This document shows positions 27,301-36,751 of a stretch of DNA of 46,438 bases, one piece after another. The notes beneath the pieces are model-generated. The model was not told the DNA's origin. It was given only the letters and a program-made list of their open reading frames with translations, and did not search any database. Numbering within the stretch: position 1 is the stretch's first letter; each line of letters opens with the position of its first letter. Source of the DNA: an uncultured Clostridia bacterium. Its GTDB lineage: Bacteria; Bacillota_I; Bacilli_A; RF39; UBA660. The translations under genes were made by a program, and so were the position numbers. The stretch lies in contig CAMVLU010000001.1 in the NCBI GenBank assembly GCA_947168405.1, positions 1-46,438 on the forward strand. Reading direction: 5' to 3'.

Positions 27301-29922
27301 ATGGAAAACGATGATATTAAAGAATTAGTAGATAGAGCAAATGATGATGCAAATAACATTGAAGAAACTAAAACAGATGAAGTAAAGGAAGTTACAAATG
27401 AAACAACTGATGAATTTGGTGGAAGTTTTCATGAATATGATAGTCATGCTCAAAACGATATTGTAAAAGAAGTTAGAGATTCATTTTTGGATTATTCCAT
27501 GAGTGTTATAACATCTCGTGCAATTCCAGATCTTCGAGATGGATTAAAACCAGTTCACAGAAGAATTTTATGGTCAATGTATGAGGAAGGAAATACTCCT
27601 GATAAACCACATAGAAAATCAGCAACAACTGTTGGTTATGTTATGGGACATTATCATCCACATGGAGACACTTCTATATATGACGCTTTAGTAAGACTTG
27701 CTCAAGACTTTAATCAAAGATATATGTTAGTTGATGGACATGGTAACTTTGGTAATATTGAAGGTGATGGAGCAGCAGCTTATCGTTATACAGAAGCACG
27801 TCTTGCTAAAATATCTTTAGAGTTACTTCGTGATATTGGAAAAGATACTGTTGATATGGATTTAAACTTTGATGAAACTCAAAAAGAACCCAAAGTATTA
27901 CCTTCAAGATTTCCAAATATCTTAGTAAATGGATCAATGGGAATAGCCGTTGGAATGGCAACCAATATTCCTCCACATAACTTAGGAGAAGTAATAGATG
28001 GATGTGTTGCTTATATAGATAATCCAGATATAGATACCTTAGGATTAATGCAATATATTAAAGGTCCGGATTTTCCAACAGGAGGTATAATTTTAGGTAA
28101 TTCTGGTATTAGACAAGCATATGAAACAGGGCGTGGAAGTATTACTATTAGAAGTAAAGCGGAAATAGAAGAACATGGAAGCCATAGTAATATTGTAGTT
28201 ACGGAAGTACCATATGGTGTTAATACAATGGAATTAAAGAACAAAGTTGCTGAACTTGTTCATAATAAAGTAATTGAAGGTATAAGTGATTACCATACTG
28301 ATTTAAAAGATGGTGTTAAGATTACAATTACGTTAAAAAGAGATGCTAATCCTCAAGTAGTATTAAATAATTTATATAAGCATACTAATTTTCAAGTTAA
28401 TTATGGAATAATCTTATTAATGCTTGATGGATTAACACCTAAAACATTAGGTCTTAAAGATATAATATCTAAATATATAGATCATCAAAGAAGTGTAATT
28501 GTAAGAAGAACAAAATATGATTTACAAAAAGCAGAAGAAAGAGTTCATATTTTAGAAGGATTAAAGATTGCACTTGATAATATAGATGAAGTTGTTCATA
28601 TAATTAGAAATGCTGAAAGCGATGATGAAGCAAGAGAAAAATTAATGAGTAGATTTAATCTAGATGATATTCAAGCAAATAACATTTTAGAAATGAGACT
28701 ACGTCGTTTAACAGGACTAGAAAGAGGAAAAGTTGAAGCAGAACTTGCTGACTTAGAAATAAAAATTGCCGATTATAAAGATATTCTTGCTAAACCTGAA
28801 AGAGTTGATGGAATTATTAAAGATGAAATGCTTGAAATTAAAAAGAAATATGCTGATGAAAGAAGAACTCATATTGATATGACAGCTATTTCTTCAATAG
28901 AAGATGAAGCTTTAATACCTGTTGAAAATATTTTAGTTACTTTAACTAATAAAGGTTATATTAAACGTGTTAATGTATCTGAATATAGAACTCAAAATAG
29001 AGGTGGAGTTGGTATAAAAGGAATGTCTACTGCAGAAGAAGACTTTGCTACTAAGATGATTAATATGCAAACACATGATTACATATTGTTCTTCTCTAAT
29101 CGTGGTAAAGTATATCGTATGAAGGGATATGAAGTTCCAGAATATGCAAGAACAGGTAAAGGACTTCCAATTATTAATTTATTACCAATAGATAAAGAAG
29201 AACAAATTACTTCAATTATATCTGTTAAACCAACAGACGAAGAAGCTAAATATTTATTCTTTGTAACTAAAAAAGGAACAGTTAAGAGAACAAACATAGA
29301 AGAATTTGATAACCTTCGTAGTAGTGGTAAGATTGCTATTACTTTACGAGAAGACGATGAATTAATTGCAGTTCGTAAAACAATTGGTGAAAACGAAATC
29401 ATTATTGGTTCAAGTGATGGACGCATGGTAAGATTTAATGAAACAGATGTTCGTGTCATGGGAAGAAGTGCAGCTGGAGTTCGTGGAATAGTTTTAGACG
29501 AAACACAAACAGTTGTTGGAGGAGATGTAATTAATCTTGGACAACAAGTAATGGTTGTAACTGAGAAAGGATATGGTAAAAAAACTCCTATTGAAGAATA
29601 TCGTTTAACAAAACGTGGATCTAAAGGAGTAAAAGCATTAAAAGTTACTGATAAAAATGGAGCCTTAGTTGCATTTAGTACCGTAAATGGTGATGAGGAT
29701 GCCATCATGATAACTGAGTCAGGAATTATAATTAGAATTTCTCTAAATCAAGTTAATAGTTTAGGAAGAGCTACACAAGGAGTAAAATTAATTAATACTA
29801 AAGGTGAACATAAAGTAGCAACCGTAACAATTGTTCAAAAAGAAGATGAAGAAAAAGTAGAAAGCAATGAAAGTGTTTCTTTAGAAAATAATGATTCAAA
29901 TGAAACAAAAGAAGCTGAATAG
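27301..29922 (+). CDS. gyrA: DNA gyrase subunit A (with acidic N- and C-terminal extensions)
   Basis: DGLKPVHRRIL, active-site region AAAYRYTEARL, and C-terminal beta-pinwheel repeats. Confidence 0.97.
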   Translation: MENDDIKELVDRANDDANNIEETKTDEVKEVTNETTDEFGGSFHEYDSHAQNDIVKEVRDSFLDYSMSVITSRAIPDLRDGLKPVHRRILWSMYEEGNTPDKPHRKSATTVGYVMGHYHPHGDTSIYDALVRLAQDFNQRYMLVDGHGNFGNIEGDGAAAYRYTEARLAKISLELLRDIGKDTVDMDLNFDETQKEPKVLPSRFPNILVNGSMGIAVGMATNIPPHNLGEVIDGCVAYIDNPDIDTLGLMQYIKGPDFPTGGIILGNSGIRQAYETGRGSITIRSKAEIEEHGSHSNIVVTEVPYGVNTMELKNKVAELVHNKVIEGISDYHTDLKDGVKITITLKRDANPQVVLNNLYKHTNFQVNYGIILLMLDGLTPKTLGLKDIISKYIDHQRSVIVRRTKYDLQKAEERVHILEGLKIALDNIDEVVHIIRNAESDDEAREKLMSRFNLDDIQANNILEMRLRRLTGLERGKVEAELADLEIKIADYKDILAKPERVDGIIKDEMLEIKKKYADERRTHIDMTAISSIEDEALIPVENILVTLTNKGYIKRVNVSEYRTQNRGGVGIKGMSTAEEDFATKMINMQTHDYILFFSNRGKVYRMKGYEVPEYARTGKGLPIINLLPIDKEEQITSIISVKPTDEEAKYLFFVTKKGTVKRTNIEEFDNLRSSGKIAITLREDDELIAVRKTIGENEIIIGSSDGRMVRFNETDVRVMGRSAAGVRGIVLDETQTVVGGDVINLGQQVMVVTEKGYGKKTPIEEYRLTKRGSKGVKALKVTDKNGALVAFSTVNGDEDAIMITESGIIIRISLNQVNSLGRATQGVKLINTKGEHKVATVTIVQKEDEEKVESNESVSLENNDSNETKEAE

Positions 29923-29942
29923 TTAAATTCAACTTCTTTTTT
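29907..29942 (+). terminator. Intrinsic terminator after gyrA
   Basis: AAAAGAAGCTGAAT / ATTCAACTTCTTTT (13 of 14 pairs), 6-nt loop, running into TTTTTTG. Contains the TAG stop. Confidence 0.7.
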
Positions 29943-30137
29943 GTTTAATCAAAACCTTTATAAATCAATAAAATCAAAGTAAAAACAAGTAATTTTGTTT
30001 TTCAAGAAACTAACGTTGAAACAAGCAAGCCTTTAAAAGAAAGATTGTTTTTCTTTAAATGTAGTATATCATGAATTTATAAATTTTTGTCAATAGAATT
30101 TACATAAATTTTACATTAAAATTTGTTTTAAAAATAC

Positions 30138-30166
30138 TTGCTTTAATTAATAATTTATAGTATTAT
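30138..30166 (+). promoter_or_regulatory. Promoter of the small SRP RNA (TTGCTT-17-TATTAT)
   Basis: TTGCTT at 30138-30143 and TATTAT at 30161-30166. The predicted start is about 6-7 nt downstream, at the base of the SRP hairpin. Confidence 0.6.
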
Positions 30167-30171
30167 ATTAA

Positions 30172-30250
30172 CGTGCAATGAAAGAGATGGAACCAGGTCA
30201 GGACAGGAATGTAGCAGCCTTAACATTTACCTTTCATGTGCACATTTTTA
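30172..30250 (+). ncRNA. ffs: Small (4.5S-type, about 80 nt) signal recognition particle RNA
   Basis: ACCAGGTCAGGACAGGAATGTAGCAGCC (30192-30219) matches the conserved domain IV of E. coli 4.5S RNA (ACCAGGUCAGGUCCGGAAGGAAGCAGCC), including the GGAA tetraloop. The closing stem GTGCAATGAAAG / CTTTCATGTGCAC is followed by ATTTTTATTT. Confidence 0.8.
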
Positions 30251-30265
30251 TTTGGATGTGATTAT

Positions 30266-30718
30266 ATGGATGATAATTATTATATGAATATAGCACTTGA
30301 TGAGGCTAGAAAGGCCTATTTAAAGGACGAAGTACCTGTTGGATGTGTAATTGTATTAAATGATAAAATAATTGCTAAAGGACACAATTTAAAAGAATCA
30401 ACTAATAATATATTTAATCATGCGGAATTAATCGCTATAGAGGAAGCTTGTAAAAAAGTTAATAATTGGAGACTTGATAATGCTGTTATTTATGTAACAT
30501 TGTTTCCTTGTTCTATGTGTGCAAGTGCTATAGTAAGTTCAAGAATAAAAAAAATTGTAGTAGGTGCACCAACAACTGATTTAAAAGTAAATAGAATAGT
30601 TAATATGATATTTGATGGTAATAATACTAATCCTAAAATTCAAATAAAAGAAAATGTATTAAAAGATGAATGTATTAAATTATTAAGTGATTTTTTTAAA
30701 GATAGAAGAAAAAAGTAA
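30266..30718 (+). CDS. tadA: tRNA adenosine(34) deaminase TadA
   Basis: CDA motifs HAELIAIEEA and FPCSMCASAI. Start trimmed to ATG 30266 (MDDNYYMNIALDEARKAY) because the track start at 30236 lies inside the SRP RNA. Confidence 0.9.
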   Translation: MDDNYYMNIALDEARKAYLKDEVPVGCVIVLNDKIIAKGHNLKESTNNIFNHAELIAIEEACKKVNNWRLDNAVIYVTLFPCSMCASAIVSSRIKKIVVGAPTTDLKVNRIVNMIFDGNNTNPKIQIKENVLKDECIKLLSDFFKDRRKK

Positions 30719-30752
30719 TATCTTTTTTTTTATAAAAAGATACAAAAATGCA

Positions 30753-30781
30753 TTGACACAAATTTGTATATGTGATACATT
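30753..30781 (+). promoter_or_regulatory. Candidate promoter of the dinD-like cassette
   Basis: TTGACA at 30753-30758, 17-nt spacer, TACATT at 30776-30781. A strong RBS AAAGGAGGTG lies at 30811-30820. Confidence 0.45.
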
Positions 30782-30829
30782 TGGTTTGTGGTTAATTATT
30801 TGTAAAATTAAAAGGAGGTGTTTAATTAA

Positions 30830-31590
30830 ATGAATGAAATAAAAGTTAGTAATAATATGTTTGAGGATATAAAGAATGGAGATATTTTTCAGTAGTTATA
30901 GAGAAAGCCCAAATCGCTTGTTCACAAAGTAATAACAATATAAGTTCCCATTTTGGTGTAAACACCAAAATCGTAAAAGCTGGAGTAGCTAGTAAACCTA
31001 TACTTGATTATAAATTAAGTAGATATGCATGTTATTTAATAGTTCAAAATGCTAATCCTAAGTTTAAAACAGTTGCTTTAGGACAAACTTATTTTGCAAT
31101 TCAAACTAGAAAAAAGGAATTAAGCGAGAAAGAATATAATAAGTTATCAGAAGATGAAAAAAGATTATATAGAAGAAGACAAACTAAAGATGGTAATAAA
31201 GTTTTATATAAAATTGCAAAAGAAAAAGGTGTAACAAATTTTGATAAATTTACAAATGCAGGATATAAAGGATTATATAATGGTGAAACAGCAGATGATA
31301 TTGCTAAAAGAAAGGGGTTAAGGTATAGAGAAGATATTCTTGATAATATGGGAAGTGCAGAACTTGGTGCTAATGTATTTAGAATAACACAAACTGAGTC
31401 ATTATTAGAAAAACAAAAGGAGAAAAGTGAATATAAGGCAACAAATACTCATTATAGAGTTGGAAAAGCAATTAGAAAAACAATTGAAGAATTAGGAGGA
31501 ACAATGCCGGAAGAGTTACCAACGCCAGATAAAAGTTTAAAAGTGATAGAAAAAAATAATAAATTATTAGAAAAGAAAGAGGTAATTTAA
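30830..31590 (+). pseudogene. dinD: Disrupted DNA-damage-inducible protein D (DinD) homologue
   Basis: ATG 30830 with a good RBS gives MNEIKVSNNMFEDIKNGDIFQ-stop (TAG 30893). A shifted frame is open from 30865 to 31590 with no start codon until 31348. It encodes ...RYFSVVIEKAQIACSQS...SRYACYLIVQN...GQTYFAIQTR...DEKRLY...GSAELGANVFRITQTE...LGGTMPEELPTP, which closely matches E. coli DinD as I recall it. Confidence 0.75.
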
Positions 31591-32222
31591 TGGGAAGATA
31601 TTTAGGAGTAGCTTTAGCATCTAAAATATATATTACTAAACGAAAAGAAAGTAGTTATAATATTAAGGAAAATTATGATATTATTTTAAAAAAAATAGGG
31701 GAAACTCTGGATTTAGATATATATGATGCTAAGTATGAAGATGACGTAATTCAACTAATGATAAAAGAAGATTTTGTGAATGACAACTTAAAAGATTTGA
31801 TATTAGAACTTGATAAAGTAGTACCTGTTGTTGATGATTTAAAATATTGTGTTTATAATGATGAATATAATGAAAAAACAATAGATGATGTAAATATAAA
31901 ACTTTATAAATATGATGATAAATATCCTTATGAATACGAAAATCAAAGAAAACAACTGATTGATAGTTTTTATTTTAAAATTAATAATGTTGATTATGAG
32001 TATTATGATGTCCCTTGCCGAACTAGTACTTTTTTCTTCTTTAGAGAATATCAAATGATAAATAATTTAGAGGTATATGCTGAAGTTAATTCTTTATGGG
32101 AAGAGCAATTTAAATTTCTTTCTGAAACAGAGTATTATGTCCTTCATGCATTTAATTCTTTAAAAATGATGGGAATAAAAAACAAATTAAAAGGTGGAAT
32201 AATATTTACAATATTTGGGTAA
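31590..32222 (+). CDS. Hypothetical 210-aa acidic, Tyr-rich protein translationally coupled to the dinD remnant
   Basis: Intact ORF. Its ATG overlaps the dinD-frame TAA (TAATG at 31588-31592), with AAGAGG upstream. No motif recognised. Confidence 0.6.
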   Translation: MGRYLGVALASKIYITKRKESSYNIKENYDIILKKIGETLDLDIYDAKYEDDVIQLMIKEDFVNDNLKDLILELDKVVPVVDDLKYCVYNDEYNEKTIDDVNIKLYKYDDKYPYEYENQRKQLIDSFYFKINNVDYEYYDVPCRTSTFFFFREYQMINNLEVYAEVNSLWEEQFKFLSETEYYVLHAFNSLKMMGIKNKLKGGIIFTIFG

Positions 32223-32246
32223 CAAAAATATATGTTAAATTAAAGT

Positions 32247-32273
32247 AAATTCTTTTTAAAGAATTTATTTTTT
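32247..32273 (+). terminator. Intrinsic terminator closing the dinD-like cassette
   Basis: AAATTCT-TTTTAA-AGAATTT hairpin followed by ATTTTTT. A TGATAAAAT extended -10 for dnaX follows immediately. Confidence 0.65.
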
Positions 32274-32302
32274 ATGATAAAATATCTATAGGAGGAAAAA
32301 TC

Positions 32303-33958
32303 ATGGAATATCAAGCTTTATATAGAAAATATAGACCAACTAAGTTTTCTGATGTTGTTGATCAAGAAAGTATTTTAAAAATATTAACTAATTCTATAAA
32401 AGAAGGACATATTTCTCATGCATATTTATTTTCAGGACCAAGAGGTACTGGTAAAACAACCATTGCTAAATTGGTTGCTAAAACAGTTAATTGTTTAAAT
32501 TTAAAAGATGATTGTTCTGTCTGTATGGAATGTGAAAATTGTTTAGATATAAAAAATAATAGCCCTGATATTATAGAAATAGATGCTGCTAGTAACAATG
32601 GTGTTGATGAAATAAGAGATTTAAAAAGTAAAATAAATCTTGTTCCTAGTAAATTAAAATATAAAGTATATATTATAGATGAAGTACATATGTTATCAAT
32701 AAGTGCATTTAATGCTTTACTTAAAACCTTAGAAGAACCTCCTAGTCATGTTATCTTTATTTTAGCAACAACAGAGTTTTATAAAGTTCCTGAAACAATA
32801 GTATCAAGGTGCCAATGTTTAAATTTTTCAAGAATTAAAACAAGTAGTATTGAAAAAAGATTAAAAGAAATATCTAAAATAGAAAATATTAATATAGATG
32901 ATTCAGCACTTCATGCAATAGCAGAATATTCTAATGGAGGAATGCGTGATGCTTTAGGAATGTTAGATAAATTATCATCTTATAATTTAGATAAAATAAC
33001 AGAAGAAGATTTCTTACAAATCAATGGATTAATTTCTAAAAAAGATATAGATAATTTTTTAGAGTCTATTTTAAATAATGATAATAAGACGGTTATAGAA
33101 ACCATTAATATTTTTGAAGAAAAAGGCTATGACTTTTCTAAACTACTTGAAAAGATGATGATAGAATGTCGAGATTTAATGACAGATTATTTCTTGGGAA
33201 ATATGTATAAAGACATTGATGTAAAAAAAATATACTCTTTAATAATGTGTTTTAATGAAACTTATAATTTATTAAAAGAAGCATCTAATAGAAAAATAAT
33301 AGTTGAAGTAAATCTTCTTAAATTTATGAATTTTAAAGAAAATGATGAAACAAAATTACAAATTAAAGAAGAAAAACAAATTAACAAAGAAGATACAAAG
33401 CAAAAAGAAGAAATTTCCAGGGAAATAAAAAAAGAAGAAGATGTTCCTAAAAATGAAATTAAATATCAAGTAGATTTGGATGTTAAAAAAATAAGAATAG
33501 ATAATACATTTGCAATGGCTAGTAAAGTATTAAAAAATATGACAATGGAAAAATGGCAGAAGTTAGATGATTATTTAATTTCAAGTGATTATTCATATGT
33601 TGCAGGTATTTTAAAAGATTTAAATATAGGAGTAGTTAGCAATAAGAACATGATTTTAACATCTAAACATTTATCTATAATTGAAAAATGTTATCAAGAA
33701 TTTATAAAGATTGAAAAACTAATTAGTTTAATTATGGAGAATGATTATCAAGTTGTAATACTATCAGATGATGAATTTAAAGAAGAAGTAAAAAAATATA
33801 AAGAACATATGAATGATAGTAATTATTATGAATATAAAGAAGATAATAGACCTTTAGTAATATTTAATAACATTGAAAAAAAAGAAGAAGTAGGTTATAC
33901 TAGTTTAGTACAAAAAGCAATAGATGTTTTTGGACAAGAAAATATAGAAATAGAATAG
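32303..33958 (+). CDS. dnaX: DNA polymerase III subunit gamma/tau
   Basis: YRKYRPTKFSDVVDQ, Walker A GPRGTGKTT, zinc module CSVCMECENC, Walker B IIDEVHML, SRC motif. Confidence 0.95.
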   Translation: MEYQALYRKYRPTKFSDVVDQESILKILTNSIKEGHISHAYLFSGPRGTGKTTIAKLVAKTVNCLNLKDDCSVCMECENCLDIKNNSPDIIEIDAASNNGVDEIRDLKSKINLVPSKLKYKVYIIDEVHMLSISAFNALLKTLEEPPSHVIFILATTEFYKVPETIVSRCQCLNFSRIKTSSIEKRLKEISKIENINIDDSALHAIAEYSNGGMRDALGMLDKLSSYNLDKITEEDFLQINGLISKKDIDNFLESILNNDNKTVIETINIFEEKGYDFSKLLEKMMIECRDLMTDYFLGNMYKDIDVKKIYSLIMCFNETYNLLKEASNRKIIVEVNLLKFMNFKENDETKLQIKEEKQINKEDTKQKEEISREIKKEEDVPKNEIKYQVDLDVKKIRIDNTFAMASKVLKNMTMEKWQKLDDYLISSDYSYVAGILKDLNIGVVSNKNMILTSKHLSIIEKCYQEFIKIEKLISLIMENDYQVVILSDDEFKEEVKKYKEHMNDSNYYEYKEDNRPLVIFNNIEKKEEVGYTSLVQKAIDVFGQENIEIE

Positions 33959-33970
33959 GAGAGATGAAAT

Positions 33971-34270
33971 ATGAATATGCAAGCTTTGATGAGACAAGCT
34001 CAAAATTTACAAAAAGATATGTTAAAAACAAAAGAAGAATTAGATAAGATGGAATTTACTAGTACAAGTTCCTTTGTAACTGTTATAGTTAATGGTAAAA
34101 AGGATGTTTTAAGTGTTAAGATTACACCAGATGCTGATTTTGAAGTAAGTGATATGGAAATATTAGAAGAAATGATTCAAGTTGCAATTAATGATGCTTT
34201 TAAACAAGTAGATAAAGAAACAGAAAAGAAAATGGGTAAATACTCTAGTATGATGCCTGGATTGTTTTAA
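33971..34270 (+). CDS. ybaB: Nucleoid-associated protein YbaB/EbfC
   Basis: MNMQALMRQAQNLQKDM start, ~100 aa, lies between dnaX and recR. Confidence 0.92.
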   Translation: MNMQALMRQAQNLQKDMLKTKEELDKMEFTSTSSFVTVIVNGKKDVLSVKITPDADFEVSDMEILEEMIQVAINDAFKQVDKETEKKMGKYSSMMPGLF

Positions 34271-34272
34271 TT

Positions 34273-34869
34273 ATGTATCCTAAGAGTATAAATAATTTAA
34301 TTGAAGCATTTAAATATTTTCCAGGAATAGGTGAAAAAAGTGCTGAAAGAATGGCTTTTCATGTTTTAGGACTTGAAGAAGTTCAAACAAATTTTTTAGC
34401 AGATTCAATTAAAAATGCTAAAAAGAATATTAAACATTGTAAGATATGTAATCATATAACAGAAAATGAAGTATGTTCAATATGTGAAGATACATTAAGA
34501 AATAAAGATTATATATGTGTTGTAGATGATCCTAAAACAGTAATATCTATTGAAAAACTTGGAACCTATCATGGATACTATCATGTTTTAAATGGTTTAA
34601 TAGAAACATTAGATGGAATAAACCCTGAAGATATAAGACTGGATAAATTAATTAAGAGAATTGAAGAAGGTAATTTTAAAGAAGTTATAATTGCGGTTAA
34701 ACCTTGTTTAGAAGGAGAAATGACAGCTTTATATATTGATAATGTTTTATCAGGAATGAATATAGAAGTTACAAGACTTGCATCTGGTATACCAATGGGT
34801 GCTGATATGGAATATGTTGATGCTATAACATTAGAAAAAGCCTTTGATAATCGTAAAAAATTATCGTAA
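34273..34869 (+). CDS. recR: Recombination protein RecR
   Basis: HhH N-terminus, C4 zinc finger CKICNHITENEVCSIC, Toprim domain. Confidence 0.95.
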   Translation: MYPKSINNLIEAFKYFPGIGEKSAERMAFHVLGLEEVQTNFLADSIKNAKKNIKHCKICNHITENEVCSICEDTLRNKDYICVVDDPKTVISIEKLGTYHGYYHVLNGLIETLDGINPEDIRLDKLIKRIEEGNFKEVIIAVKPCLEGEMTALYIDNVLSGMNIEVTRLASGIPMGADMEYVDAITLEKAFDNRKKLS

Positions 34870-34908
34870 AAAGATAAGTTCACTCATAGATTTTTTATGG
34901 GTGAACTT

Positions 34909-35094
34909 ATGAAATTATTTATAAAATATTTAAAAAGATTTGTTTTAGGTGGATTTATGTTATATACCTATAATTTAATTGCAACAACATTTAATATTAC
35001 TATTCCAATTAATTTCATAACAATTATTATGGTAGGATTATTTGATATAGTTGGACTAATAACACTTATAATAGTTAAATTAATAGGATTTTGA
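34909..35094 (+). CDS. bofA: BofA-family small membrane protein
   Basis: Two-TM 61-aa protein (GGFMLYTYNLIATTFNITIPINFITIIMVGLFDIVGLITLII) that is BofA-like and sits downstream of recR, as in Bacillus. The start is ambiguous between 34897 and 34909. Confidence 0.6.
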   Translation: MKLFIKYLKRFVLGGFMLYTYNLIATTFNITIPINFITIIMVGLFDIVGLITLIIVKLIGF

Positions 35095-35102
35095 GGTGAG
35101 TT

Positions 35103-35975
35103 ATGTTAGAAGATTTTAAAGATAATTCTTTTTATTTATATGCAAAAAATATTGATAAGTATTTTCATGCTTATTTATTTGAAGTTAATGATATAAATGA
35201 TAGTTTTCCAATTATTTTAGCCTTTGCTAAAACTATTCTTTGTAAACATCATTATAAAAATTTAAATAATTGTAAAGATTGTAACAAATGTCATTTAATA
35301 GATGAAGGATACTTTGAAGATTTAAAAATTATAGAACCAGATGGATCAATGATAAAAAAAGAACAAATATTAGAATTAAAAAAGAATTTTAGTTTAAAGT
35401 CTTCTAATGATAATAATCGTGTATATATTATTAAAAATGCTGATTGTATGAATCCAAGTTCTGCTAACTCATTACTTAAATTTATTGAAGAACCTGAAAG
35501 TGGTATATATGGTATTTTAATTACAACTAATAAAAAACAAATACTACCAACTATTCTTTCTCGATGTGTATTAATATCTTTAAAAACAAAAGAAAAAAAT
35601 GATATAAATATAGATGAAGTAAAAAATCTATCTTTATTTATGAAAAATATTTATCATAAAAAAGAAGAAATGATACCTTATTTAAAACAAGATTTCTTTT
35701 CTTTATATGAAAATAGAGAACAAATACTAAATGCTTTTCATAATATGGAATTAATTTTAGATATAGCAATTAATTTAGAATATAAAAAAGATAATATAAA
35801 TTCTCAAGATATATGTGATATAATAATAAACGAATTAGGTGATATTGACTTAAATAAAAAAATATTATTATTAGAAAAAATAGTTAAATATCGTGCTAAA
35901 TTAATAAATGTTATCAACTTAAATTTAAATTTATTTATGGATAGATTTATTATAGAAATAAGTGAGGTTTTATAA
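35103..35975 (+). CDS. holB: DNA polymerase III delta-prime subunit
   Basis: HAYLF start, zinc-module-like CKDCNKCHLI, degenerate P-loop, SRC motif (LSRCVLI). Upstream of yaaT. Confidence 0.85.
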   Translation: MLEDFKDNSFYLYAKNIDKYFHAYLFEVNDINDSFPIILAFAKTILCKHHYKNLNNCKDCNKCHLIDEGYFEDLKIIEPDGSMIKKEQILELKKNFSLKSSNDNNRVYIIKNADCMNPSSANSLLKFIEEPESGIYGILITTNKKQILPTILSRCVLISLKTKEKNDINIDEVKNLSLFMKNIYHKKEEMIPYLKQDFFSLYENREQILNAFHNMELILDIAINLEYKKDNINSQDICDIIINELGDIDLNKKILLLEKIVKYRAKLINVINLNLNLFMDRFIIEISEVL

Positions 35976-36751
35976 TGGTAAAAGTATGTGGTGTTAAATT
36001 TACAGATAAAGGAAGAATGTATTACTTTAAAAAAAATGGAATAGATTTTGATATAGATACAAAAGTTGTTGTTGAAACAGAAAGAGGATTACAAATAGGA
36101 ACAATTGTAAGACCTTCTAAAGATATTGAAGAAAGTAGTCTAGTTTCTCCTTTAAAAGATGTTGTAAGAATAGCTTCTAAGTATGATTTAAAACAACATA
36201 AAGGAAATGAAAATGAGTGTAAAAAAGCTTTAAAAATTGCTGAAGATTTAGTAAAAGAATTAGGTCTTAAAATGAAATTTTTAGATGCTAGTTATACATT
36301 AGATAGAACTCAATTATTATTTAATTTTATATCAGATGAAAGAGTGGACTTTCGTGAACTTGCTAAAAGATTAGCAGCTATTTATAAAACAAGAATAGAA
36401 CTTAGACAAATTGGTATTAGAGATAAAGCACGAGATGTAGGAGGCATTGGTCCTTGTGGAAGATTTTTATGTTGTAATACTTTTTTAACCGATCTTAACA
36501 GTGTTACCATTAATATGGCAAAGAATCAGAACTTAGCTTTAAATCCAACTAAAATAAATGGTGTATGTGGAAGACTTTTATGCTGTCTTGGATATGAAGA
36601 TTCTATTTATACAGAACTTCGTGAAGGACTTCCAGAAGTAGGAGATACTTATGAATATAATGATAAAGATTATAAAGTAATTGATGTTGATGTATTTAAA
36701 AGAAAAATAACATTAGAAAAAGATAATACTAAGGAAGAAGTATATTTATAA
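35975..36751 (+). CDS. ricT: PSP1-domain protein YaaT/RicT
   Basis: PSP1 C-terminal region with cysteine cluster GPCGRFLCCNTFL...GVCGRLLCCLGYE. Follows holB. Confidence 0.88.
   Translation: MVKVCGVKFTDKGRMYYFKKNGIDFDIDTKVVVETERGLQIGTIVRPSKDIEESSLVSPLKDVVRIASKYDLKQHKGNENECKKALKIAEDLVKELGLKMKFLDASYTLDRTQLLFNFISDERVDFRELAKRLAAIYKTRIELRQIGIRDKARDVGGIGPCGRFLCCNTFLTDLNSVTINMAKNQNLALNPTKINGVCGRLLCCLGYEDSIYTELREGLPEVGDTYEYNDKDYKVIDVDVFKRKITLEKDNTKEEVYL

Noticed and set aside
29079-29708. 209-aa minus-strand ORF inside gyrA
   Set aside because: It is entirely antisense to the conserved GyrA C-terminal domain. Its S/T/P/L-rich composition is typical of the reverse frame of a GAA/AAA-rich gene. It has no RBS and no recognisable motif.
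30719-30742. Hairpin TATCTTTTT-TTTTAT-AAAAAGATA as the tadA terminator
   Set aside because: On the plus strand the T-run is inside the left arm and the hairpin is followed by CAAAAATG rather than a U tract. It would act as a terminator only for minus-strand transcription, and no minus-strand gene is present there.
30740-30830. LexA (Cheo-type GAAC-N4-GTTC) box upstream of the dinD remnant
   Set aside because: I looked for GAAC...GTTC around the TTGACA promoter and found none. Only a weak CAAAT-N15-ATTTG inverted repeat is present, so no SOS-box call is made.
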